DNA of 64,000 nt from Candidatus Heteroclostridium caecigallinarum (GTDB taxonomy: Bacteria > Bacillota > Clostridia > Christensenellales > CAG-314), in NCBI GenBank assembly GCA_904419725.1, contig CAJFSP010000001.1:193814-257813 (forward strand), read 5' to 3'. Below the pieces are notes generated by a model. The model worked only from the letters and a program-made list of their open reading frames with translations, had not been told where the DNA came from and made no database searches. This document shows positions 29,522 to 37,554 of this stretch, piece by piece (the stretch's first letter is position 1; each line of letters begins with the position of its first letter). The translations under genes and the position numbers were made by a program.

Positions 29522-30069
29522 AACAACTCCTTTATCACCGCGCAGGGATTACCCACGGCGACGCAGCCGGGCGGCACGTCTTTTGTCACGACGCTCCCCG
29601 CCCCTATCACGGCACCTTTTCCAATCGTTACGCCGGGCAACACGGTGACGTTGCCGCCCAGCCATACGTCGTCGCACACGGTAATCGGCTTTGCGGTTTC
29701 AAAACACGTGTTTCGCTCCGCCGCTTTCAGCGGGTGAACCGCCGTGTAAAACCCGCAGTTAGGGCCGATAAACACATTGTCTCCTATCTTTACCGGCGCG
29801 CAGTCCAGCATGACGCAGTTGTAGTTTATAAACACGTTATCGCCCAGAAAAATATTGAACCCGTAGTCCGCCCTGAACCCCTGTTCTATCCACGGGTTTT
29901 TCCCGACGGCGCCCAGCATTGCCTTGAGCGCCGCTTCCATCCCCTCGCTGTCGGGCGGCAGTAAATTATACGCGGCGCACGCCGTTTTTGACGCCTTTCT
30001 GAGCCGCGCCAGCTCGGCGTCTCTCGGATCGTAAGGCAGGCCGTTTATCATCTTTTCTTTTTCCGTCAT
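29518..30069 (-). CDS. sugar (maltose/galactoside-type) O-acetyltransferase
   Basis: It has an N-terminal Mac-like segment (MINGLPYDPRD) and hexapeptide repeats. The start is set at the ATG at 30069, behind GGAG. Confidence 0.8.
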   Translation of the reverse strand: MTEKEKMINGLPYDPRDAELARLRKASKTACAAYNLLPPDSEGMEAALKAMLGAVGKNPWIEQGFRADYGFNIFLGDNVFINYNCVMLDCAPVKIGDNVFIGPNCGFYTAVHPLKAAERNTCFETAKPITVCDDVWLGGNVTVLPGVTIGKGAVIGAGSVVTKDVPPGCVAVGNPCAVIKELL

Positions 30070-30168
30070 GTCATCAATCTCCAAAACGGTATAACGTAAA
30101 CAGTATACGGCACCATCCGGAAACAAGTTCAAAAATAAAAAGAAATATTTTTTATTATTTTTCAACTA

Positions 30169-30197
30169 TTGAAACCGAATGCCGTGTTTGCTATAAT
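30169..30197 (+). promoter_or_regulatory. candidate sigma-A promoter (TTGAAA-17 nt-TATAAT)
   Basis: Near-consensus hexamers at 30169-30174 and 30192-30197. The RBS AAGGAGGAGG follows, then the ATG at 30233. Confidence 0.5.
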
Positions 30198-30232
30198 AAT
30201 TATAACCTTTCAAGGAGGAGGAATCAATACTT

Positions 30233-30733
30233 ATGGCAAAAACCAAAAAGAAAATGCGTATGACGAATCTTGTTTGCACCATCGTGCTGCTCGCCACCCT
30301 TGTCGGCGTGATAATCGGTCTTTTCATAGATTATTTCGGCATAACGGGTTCGGTTTCTTCGGGGCTGGTCGGTTCAGGTTCAAGCCACACTGAATACGCA
30401 AAGCTCTTCGATATGGAAGAAACCTGGGGCACTCTCTCCATCATAGCGGCAATCGCCACGGCGGTGTTCTGCGCGCTGGGTCTGGTGCTTTCGGTGCTCA
30501 AAAACATGGGCGGCAAAAAATTCGGCAGTCTGCAAATGATTGTCGGCGTAGTGACTGTTCTGCTCGCGATTTTCGCCGTCGTGTGCGTGTTTATTTACGG
30601 CAGCGATTATTCCGCTTCCGCTGACGGCGGCGACTTGATTCAGATGTCGGTGACCGTTGCTCCGGCGGTGGGCGCGTGGTTACTTGCCGTGTGCGGCGTG
30701 ATTAACGGTGTCACCTGCGTAATGGACAGATAA
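30233..30733 (+). CDS. hypothetical integral membrane protein
   Basis: 166-aa ORF with about 4 TM helices, a strong RBS and promoter upstream and a terminator downstream. No family recognised. Confidence 0.6.
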   Translation: MAKTKKKMRMTNLVCTIVLLATLVGVIIGLFIDYFGITGSVSSGLVGSGSSHTEYAKLFDMEETWGTLSIIAAIATAVFCALGLVLSVLKNMGGKKFGSLQMIVGVVTVLLAIFAVVCVFIYGSDYSASADGGDLIQMSVTVAPAVGAWLLAVCGVINGVTCVMDR

Positions 30734-30744
30734 AATAAAAAATC

Positions 30745-30771
30745 GACCGGCTTTTGCCGGTCTTTTTTTTT
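30745..30771 (+). terminator. intrinsic terminator
   Basis: GACCGGC TTTT GCCGGTC followed by T9. Confidence 0.85.
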
Positions 30772-30775
30772 GCCC

Positions 30776-31393
30776 TTATATCACGGCGTCGCCGGACGCC
30801 AGCGCCCACAGATAAAAGGACGCCACCGTTCCGTAAGGAGAAAATTTTTTTCTGTAAACCTCAAAAATCTTTCTGTCAATACTCGCCGAACCGATTAATT
30901 TCATCAACCCCTTCCGTATACCCAAATCGCCGTAACTGAAAACGTCGGGTCTTTTGAGAGCGAATATCAGCGCCATTTCCGCCGTCCACTGACCTATGCC
31001 GTCAAAGGCGCTCAGCGCCGCCACGACATCGCCGTCGCTCATGCCGGCCACGGAATCCGCGTCGAACTTTCCGCCCGCCAAAGCGTCGGCGAAAGATTTT
31101 ATCCACGCGGCTTTTTTCATTGACATTCCGCAGGATTTTATTTCTCCGGGCAAAAGTTCCGCGACCTTTTCCGCCGTGACTTCGCCGCCGCAAAGCCCCG
31201 TGAGCCGCCGCCACACCGTTTCAAGCGCCTTGCCGGAAATCTGCTGACCCGCTATGGACGAAGCGACGCATTGGAACAAGTCGTCATACGTTTTCCTGTA
31301 AATGTGCCCTGTGTTTTCTATCAGACGCCGCATATTTTCGTCGGCGGCGGAAAGAAAATCCATTTCGGTTTTACCGTATTCGAAATAAGCCAT
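30776..31393 (-). CDS. HhH-GPD DNA glycosylase (3-methyladenine glycosylase II-like)
   Basis: 205-aa ORF with the helix-hairpin-helix segment FDGIGQWTAEMALIF and a downstream catalytic Asp context (SYGDLGIRKG). Confidence 0.8.
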   Translation of the reverse strand: MAYFEYGKTEMDFLSAADENMRRLIENTGHIYRKTYDDLFQCVASSIAGQQISGKALETVWRRLTGLCGGEVTAEKVAELLPGEIKSCGMSMKKAAWIKSFADALAGGKFDADSVAGMSDGDVVAALSAFDGIGQWTAEMALIFALKRPDVFSYGDLGIRKGLMKLIGSASIDRKIFEVYRKKFSPYGTVASFYLWALASGDAVI

Positions 31394-31409
31394 AAATAAA
31401 TTATACCAT

Positions 31410-31433
31410 AAAAAAACCGCCCTTGACGGGCGG
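31410..31433 (-). terminator. intrinsic terminator of the P-type ATPase gene
   Basis: The minus strand reads CCGCCC GTCAA GGGCGG followed by T7. Confidence 0.75.
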
Positions 31434-31437
31434 AATT

Positions 31438-34074
31438 TCAGTTTTTGTTTTTTGCTCGTTTGATGGCTTTCGCCGTTTCCATAACCACAAGCGGCACAAG
31501 CGAAAGACCAACGACGATGAGATAAGCGTAATAAGGCATATACATCATATTGAACGCCGTCACCACGCCAGGCGTAAACAGCACAAACGCGATGAGCAAC
31601 ATTGAAATGACGGTCACGACATTGAGTTTGCCGTTGGAAAACACGCCGATTTTGAACAGCGAATTGTCTGAACGCATGTTATAAGCGTGCAGCGTTTTGC
31701 CGAGGGTCAGCGTCATGAAAGCCAATGTGCTGCCGCCCCTTGCCGAGCCGCTTATCGCCTCGCCTATGAAATACGCTCCCAGCGTCAGAATGGAGAACAT
31801 CACGCCCTGAAGCAAAATGCTGAGGCCGTAGCCGTTGGCGAAAATGCTTTCGTCTTTCGGTTTAGGTCTGCGGCTCATTATGTTGTCGTCCACCCTTTCC
31901 ATGCCCAGCGCCACGGCAGGCAGCGAGTCGGTAACCATGTTTATCCACAGCAGTTGTATGGATATAAACGGCGAACGCTGCCATATGACCATAGCGAGAA
32001 ATACCACTATAATTTCGCTTATGTTTGTGCCAAGCAGGAAGCCCACGACTTTTTTGATGTTGTCGTAAATGCCCCTGCCTTCTTTGACGGCGTCGACGAT
32101 GGTGGAAAAGTTGTCGTCGGTAAGCGTCATGTCGGCGGCGCTCTTGGCGACGTCCGTGCCCGTAATGCCCATGGCGCAGCCTATATCCGCCGCTTTGAGC
32201 GCCGGGGCGTCGTTAACGCCGTCGCCCGTCATGGACACGACCTGACCTTTCTTCTGCCACGCTTTGACTATGCGTATTTTGTTTTTAGGCGAAACGCGGG
32301 CGTAAACCGCTATATGTTCCACTTCTTTGTCAAGTTCTTCCTGACTCATGGCGTCGAGCTGCGCGCCGGTTATTGCCTTGTCGCCCTCCTGCATGATGCC
32401 GAGTTCTCTGGCGATTGCCGAGGCGGTGACGACGTGGTCGCCTGTAATCATGACAGGCTTGATACCCGCCTGGCGGCACACGGCGACAGCCTTTTTGGCC
32501 TCAGGTCTAGGCGGGTCTATCATGCCCACCAGCCCCATGAAAGTCAGATTATTTTCAAGTTCGTCGAAAGTAGGTTCTTCGGAAATCTCATCCACCGTCT
32601 TGTAGCCTATCGCCAGCACTCGCAGCGCCTCCGAACTCATTCTTTCGGTAACGGCGCGCGCCTTTTCGATGTCGCCCTTGACGCAGAGTTTCGCCATCAT
32701 GTCGAAAGCGCCTTTGACGATGACCACCTTTTTGCCGTCTATTTCGTTGACGGTGCTCATGAGTTTCCGGTCGGAGTCAAACGGCAACGTGGCAAGACGC
32801 GGATATTTTTTGTTTATGTCGTCTTTGGTGTATCCCGCTTTGTGGGCGGCGTAGACGATTGCCGTTTCCGTCGGGTCGCCTATGTGTTCTTCTTTGCCGC
32901 CGTCAAAGTTAACGGCGCCGTCGCAGCAGAGCGCGCCGTACACAAGCAGCCTTTTGACTTTATCATCGGCGGAAGAAGCGTCGAACCCTGTTTCTTCGCC
33001 GCCGTCGAGATATGTTCTGACAAGCGTCATGCGGTTTTGCGTGAGCGTGCCCGTCTTGTCGCTGCATATTACCGAGGCGCTGCCCAGAGTTTCAACCGCG
33101 GGCAGGCGGCGTATGATGGCGTTCTTTTTGACCATTCTCGTAACGCCCATGGACAAAACGATTGTGACAATCGCCGGCAGTCCTTCCGGAATGGCAGCCA
33201 CGGCGAGCGACACGGCTGTCATGAACATTTCCATGATATTCTGCGTGGATACGCCGTTTGTAATAAGCCCGACGGCAAACACCACGGCGCACGCCGCCAG
33301 AGCGACGATGCTGAGATATTTGCCCAGCTGCGCGAGTTTTTGCTGCAAAGGCGTTTTGGTTTCGCTTTCGCCGGACAACAGGTCGGCTATTTTGCCCATT
33401 TCGGTGTCCATGCCTGTGGCGGTGACGACGGCGGTGGCTGTTCCGTAAGTTATCGAGCAGCCCGAAAACACCATGTTGTCCCTGTCGCCCACCGAGGCTT
33501 TGGAGTCAACGACGGCGTCGGCGTCCTTTTCAGACGGCACGGATTCGCCCGTCAGGGCCGATTCTTCCGATTTGAGATTAACGCTTTCGAGCAGTCTGGC
33601 GTCGGCCGGCACAAAGTCGCCCGCTTCCAGATGTATTATATCGCCCGGCACGAGAGCCGAAGCGGCGACAATCTGTTCTTTTCCGTCCCGTATCACCCTG
33701 GCGTGCGGCGCCGACATGTTTTTCAGCGCGTCCAGCGCTTTTTCAGCCTTGCTCTCCTGCACCAGCCCCATCACTGCGTTGAGCACCACGATAAACACGA
33801 TGAGCACCGGTTCCAGAAAATCGATTGTCTGAATTTCATCCTGCAAAAACGTCATCGCGAAAGAAATCACGGCGGCGATAAGCAGAATGATAATCATCAC
33901 GTCCTTAAACTGTTCCAGAAATCTGACGGCGAGACTTTTCTTTTTCTTCTCGGCAAGTTTGTTTTCGCCGAACTTTTCGCGAAGCGCGGCTACCTGCCCC
34001 GACGAAAGACCTTTTTCCGCATCGGAATTAAGTTCTTTCAGGACGTCGGCTTTGTCCTTGCTGTGATATTCCAA
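31438..34074 (-). CDS. cation-transporting P-type ATPase (Ca2+-type, P2 subfamily)
   Basis: 878-aa ORF with TGES, the phosphorylation motif CSDKTGTLT and the hinge TGDGVNDAPALK. Confidence 0.95.
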   Translation of the reverse strand: MEYHSKDKADVLKELNSDAEKGLSSGQVAALREKFGENKLAEKKKKSLAVRFLEQFKDVMIIILLIAAVISFAMTFLQDEIQTIDFLEPVLIVFIVVLNAVMGLVQESKAEKALDALKNMSAPHARVIRDGKEQIVAASALVPGDIIHLEAGDFVPADARLLESVNLKSEESALTGESVPSEKDADAVVDSKASVGDRDNMVFSGCSITYGTATAVVTATGMDTEMGKIADLLSGESETKTPLQQKLAQLGKYLSIVALAACAVVFAVGLITNGVSTQNIMEMFMTAVSLAVAAIPEGLPAIVTIVLSMGVTRMVKKNAIIRRLPAVETLGSASVICSDKTGTLTQNRMTLVRTYLDGGEETGFDASSADDKVKRLLVYGALCCDGAVNFDGGKEEHIGDPTETAIVYAAHKAGYTKDDINKKYPRLATLPFDSDRKLMSTVNEIDGKKVVIVKGAFDMMAKLCVKGDIEKARAVTERMSSEALRVLAIGYKTVDEISEEPTFDELENNLTFMGLVGMIDPPRPEAKKAVAVCRQAGIKPVMITGDHVVTASAIARELGIMQEGDKAITGAQLDAMSQEELDKEVEHIAVYARVSPKNKIRIVKAWQKKGQVVSMTGDGVNDAPALKAADIGCAMGITGTDVAKSAADMTLTDDNFSTIVDAVKEGRGIYDNIKKVVGFLLGTNISEIIVVFLAMVIWQRSPFISIQLLWINMVTDSLPAVALGMERVDDNIMSRRPKPKDESIFANGYGLSILLQGVMFSILTLGAYFIGEAISGSARGGSTLAFMTLTLGKTLHAYNMRSDNSLFKIGVFSNGKLNVVTVISMLLIAFVLFTPGVVTAFNMMYMPYYAYLIVVGLSLVPLVVMETAKAIKRAKNKN

Positions 34075-34159
34075 AATAACCTCCCTTCAAACACGAAAAA
34101 ACCCGTGTTTGCAAAAAGCGGCAGGCGAGTATGGACATACTCCGCTGCCGCTCCCCTTA

Positions 34160-34251
34160 TGGCGGATGGGAAGGGATTTGAACCCTTGGTACGGTATTAG
34201 CGTACACACGATTTCCAATCGTGCGCCTTAGACCAACTCAGCCACCCATCC
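34160..34251 (-). tRNA. tRNA-Ser (anticodon GGA)
   Basis: Acceptor GGATGGG/CCCATCC, anticodon stem CACGA/TCGTG with loop TT-GGA-AA, a long variable arm and an encoded CCA. A long-stem terminator follows at about 34113-34151. Confidence 0.9.
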
Positions 34252-34345
34252 AAAAATGTACTTGAATATTATATACTCAATCAAGAAAAATAGCAAGGGA
34301 AATATGCCAAAAGAAATAAAAATCTCCGCTTTAAGCGGAGATTTT

Positions 34346-34857
34346 TTACAAAACGGTTACGGTGTCGGCAAGTTGTTTGCGCAGCGCGTGCCGTTCGCTC
34401 GGCACACAGTCCGCGGCCGGATATCCCGCAGGCAAAAACGCGACGGGCATGAGGTTTTCCGGCAGACCGAAAGTTTCCCGCACGACTTCGGGGTCCAGGT
34501 ACCCCACCCATGTGGTGCCGAGCCCCTGCGCCGTCGCTTCAAGCATCATATAAGTCGTTATAATGGCGGCGTCGACCTGGCCGCAGTCTTTGCCGTCGAA
34601 AGGTCTCGTCCAACTGAGCGTGTTGTCATAACAGATGAGAAACGCAAGCGGCGCGTTGAAATGATAAATCGTGCTTTTTTTGAGTTTTTCGAGAGCGTCG
34701 CCGCTTTCAAGCACGAAAATACGCTGCGGCTGGTTGTTTTTCGCCGTGGGAGCCATTCGCGCGGCGTTCAGTATAGCGTCGATTTTTCCTTTTCCACCTT
34801 TCTTCCGTCAAACTTCCTGACAGAATATCTTTTGTTCAAAACGTCTTCAAACTGCAT
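34346..34857 (-). pseudogene. nitroreductase family gene interrupted by a -1 frameshift in an A5 run
   Basis: The N-terminal 25 codons (MQFEDVLNKRYSVRKFDGRKVEKEK) from the ATG at 34857 are in one frame. The rest (IDAILNAARMAPTAKNNQPQRIFV...) is in another. The two frames join at GGAAAAATCGAC (34780-34791), and one extra A would restore a single ~170-aa ORF. Confidence 0.75.
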
Positions 34858-34921
34858 ACGCACCTCCGTGAGCGAAGGCAAACACTATCACGCCGCGCGG
34901 CATAAGATACAATACCGGATT

Positions 34922-35560
34922 ATGCACCTCACTTTCGCTGAAACCGCGCGGGCGGTTGCCGTCGCCGTTATTCTTTCAACAGATATATTCGCCTGCGGGC
35001 TGGCCTACGGGGCGGGTAAAATAAAAATCCCCGTAAAATCCGCCGCGGTAATATCCATAATATGCGGCCTCTCGCTCGGGCTTACCTCTTTTATAGGCGG
35101 AATCATACGCCCATATATTTCGGCGCGGGCGGTAAAATATATTTCTTTCGCCGTTCTGCTGGCGATTGGCCTGTTCAAACTTTTTGAGGAAGTTCTGCGC
35201 GCTCTTCTCGCCAGAACAACCCGCAAAGAACTGTCGCTTAATCTTCTGGGATTTCGGCTGATACTCAAAGTTTTTCAGGACGAAACCGAAGCCGACAAAA
35301 ACAAGGACAAAATTCTTTCTTCCGCCGAGGCCGTTTCGCTCGCCGCGGCGACGTCGCTCGACAGTCTGGCGGTCGGGTTTTCGGCGGGGCTGGGCAGCGC
35401 TCCCGTATGGCTGCTGCCCCTTGCCGTAACGCTGGTCAGTTTCGCCGCGGTTCTGTGCGGCACAGCCGCCGGCAAAAAAGCGGCGGCAAAAAGCAGAATC
35501 AACCTGTCATGGATAAGCGGCGCCGTGCTCGTGATAATCGCCGTGACGAAATTATTTTGA
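34922..35560 (+). CDS. MntP/YtaF-like membrane protein
   Basis: 212-aa polytopic protein with the MntP-family halves ...STDIFACGLAYG... and ...ATSLDSLAVGFS... . It is only the 3-prime third of the 434-aa ORF in the track, and it has no clear RBS. Confidence 0.65.
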   Translation: MHLTFAETARAVAVAVILSTDIFACGLAYGAGKIKIPVKSAAVISIICGLSLGLTSFIGGIIRPYISARAVKYISFAVLLAIGLFKLFEEVLRALLARTTRKELSLNLLGFRLILKVFQDETEADKNKDKILSSAEAVSLAAATSLDSLAVGFSAGLGSAPVWLLPLAVTLVSFAAVLCGTAAGKKAAAKSRINLSWISGAVLVIIAVTKLF

Positions 35561-36052
35561 CGTCTCCCCGATATACTTCTCGAGCGGCAGCAGATATTTT
35601 TCGTCTGTCCAGTCGTGATCCTCGCCCATGAGCGACACCATGAATTTCATTGAATCGTTCATGCCGTCGGGATTCTTTTTCGCCATTGACCTGACGATTT
35701 TGCAGAGCATTCTGTCGGAAAAGCAAAACGAACTTTCTTCCCACGCGCCCCTGCCGTAAAAGAGCGGTATATCGTCCATGTCGGCGGTGAAATTATCGCG
35801 CTTGATGCTTTCGGCAAGTCCGTCCGTCGGAGCGGTCGCGCCTACGCAGAACACGGCAACCGGACGTATGCCTTTTTTGACGAGTTTGTCGAATCCCCTG
35901 ATTTCGCCGCCGTAAACCGCGCCCACAAAAATCACGTCGGTTTCGCCCTTTGCAGCTTTTTTAAGGTCAATCACTTCGCATGACAGCGTTTTGCCCAGCA
36001 TTTCGGCGTATTTTTCCGCCGCGCCGTATTTGGACTTGTAAATTATTTTCAT
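35552..36052 (-). CDS. flavodoxin-domain protein
   Basis: 166-aa ORF with the N-terminus MKIIYKSKYGAAEKYAEML and the flavodoxin_5-type segment VIFVGAVYGG. Its start overlaps the nhaC stop as ATGA. Confidence 0.7.
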   Translation of the reverse strand: MKIIYKSKYGAAEKYAEMLGKTLSCEVIDLKKAAKGETDVIFVGAVYGGEIRGFDKLVKKGIRPVAVFCVGATAPTDGLAESIKRDNFTADMDDIPLFYGRGAWEESSFCFSDRMLCKIVRSMAKKNPDGMNDSMKFMVSLMGEDHDWTDEKYLLPLEKYIGETSK

Positions 36053-37398
36053 GCTTCTTCCGTCTCCTTAATGTTATTTACAGGCTCTTGTTTGTTCTTT
36101 TTGCTTCTTCCGCCGAAAAACACAATAAACAGCAACGCGCACAGCGCCATGACGTAAGGATAAATCAGATAAGGCATCATGCTTACAGGCGACACCTGCA
36201 CAGCCAGCCCGTCGTAAACAAAACTGCCCGCCGCCAGCAGCTGCGCCCCGTAAGGAATTATCCCCTGCGCGAAAGAAGCGAATATATCCAGCAACGACGC
36301 CGACGTTTTGGGGTCGACGCCGAACTCAGTCGCTATGTCTTTGGCGATCGGCCCGGAAATGACAATCGCCACGGTGTTGTTGGCGGTGAAGATGTCCACC
36401 AGCGTTACCAGCAGGGCAATGCCCGCCTGCGCGCCTTTTTTGCCTTTTACGCATTTTCTTATGGCGTAGATAATGGCGTCTATGCCTCCGTTGGCTTTGA
36501 TTATCTCCACAATGCCGGCGACGACCAGCGATATCAGCGAAATGTCATACATACTGACCATGCCCGACCCTATACCCGACAAAATCGACCAGAAAGTTAT
36601 TGTCGGGTCGCCAAGGCAAAGCCCTATGACTATCGCCGACAGCGTGCCGCCAGCCAGCACCAGAAACACGTTTAACCCCGCTATCGCGCTGACAAGCACA
36701 AAGAGATACGGCACGATTTTCCAGAAGTTGTAGGACATGTCCCTGCTTATGTCCGCCGCCTGCCCAGGCGTCAGGACAATAAAAACGACAATGGCGATGA
36801 CCGCCGCCGGCAAAACGATGAAAAAGTTTTGCTTGAACTTGTCTTTCATTTTGCAGCCCTGGGTGGTAACCGCGGCGATTGTGGTGTCCGACACCATGGA
36901 CAGATTGTCGCCGAACATGGCGCCGCTGACCACGGCAGCCAGGCACAGCGGAGCCGAAAAGCCTGTCGCCACCGATATGCCGTAGCCGATAGGCGCCAGC
37001 GCGGTGATTGTGCCCACCGACGTGCCCATCGACGTGGAAATAAAACAGCCTATTATAAACAGCCCGGCGACGGCAAACTCCGGCGGAAGCACCGAAAGGC
37101 CGAAGTTGACTGTGCTGTCAACGCCGCCGATGCTCCCCACGGCGCCGGTAAACGCGCCGGCGCAAAGAAAAATGAGCACCATGATAATGATGTTCTTTTC
37201 GCCCACGCCTTTGGCAAATATGCCGAGTTTTTCACCCATCGGCATTTTTCTGTTTTGCAGCATGGCGGCAACCAATGCCAGCAAAAAGCACAGCAGCGTC
37301 GGCACGGCGTACATATCCCCGGCGATTATTCCGCCGCCCAGAAACAAAACGAGAAATACCCCTATGGGCAGCAAAGCCCAGAAATTGCCCTTTTTCAT
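36049..37398 (-). CDS. nhaC: Na+/H+ antiporter NhaC family
   Basis: 449-aa polytopic membrane protein with NhaC-like sequence throughout. Confidence 0.85.
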   Translation of the reverse strand: MKKGNFWALLPIGVFLVLFLGGGIIAGDMYAVPTLLCFLLALVAAMLQNRKMPMGEKLGIFAKGVGEKNIIIMVLIFLCAGAFTGAVGSIGGVDSTVNFGLSVLPPEFAVAGLFIIGCFISTSMGTSVGTITALAPIGYGISVATGFSAPLCLAAVVSGAMFGDNLSMVSDTTIAAVTTQGCKMKDKFKQNFFIVLPAAVIAIVVFIVLTPGQAADISRDMSYNFWKIVPYLFVLVSAIAGLNVFLVLAGGTLSAIVIGLCLGDPTITFWSILSGIGSGMVSMYDISLISLVVAGIVEIIKANGGIDAIIYAIRKCVKGKKGAQAGIALLVTLVDIFTANNTVAIVISGPIAKDIATEFGVDPKTSASLLDIFASFAQGIIPYGAQLLAAGSFVYDGLAVQVSPVSMMPYLIYPYVMALCALLFIVFFGGRSKKNKQEPVNNIKETEEA

Positions 37399-37469
37399 AA
37401 GTCCCCCGAAAATTCTTTCGTATGGTTTAAGTTTAACCGTTGGCGGGCATTATGGCAAGCCTTTTGACA

Positions 37470-37503
37470 AAAAACAAAGCGCGGAGACCTTCTCCGCGCT
37501 TTG
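37470..37503 (-). terminator. intrinsic terminator closing the sipW/tasA-like operon
   Basis: The minus strand reads AAGCGCGGAGA AGG TCTCCGCGCTT followed by TGTTTTTT, 52 nt after the stop of the 1198-aa gene. Confidence 0.8.
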
Positions 37504-37554
37504 GGAAATGCCTTCAAATCGCTGCGCCGACACTTATGTCAAACGCCGACCGTT

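Noticed and set aside
31687-34200. 837-aa plus-strand ORF
   Set aside because: It is antisense to the P-type ATPase, which has DKTGT, TGES and GDGVND motifs. It is R/H/F-rich nonsense and runs through the tRNA-Ser gene.
34256-34921. N-terminal two-thirds of the 434-aa plus-strand ORF
   Set aside because: This part is antisense to the nitroreductase gene and has no membrane-protein character. Only the segment from the ATG at 34922 looks like a real MntP/YtaF-type protein.
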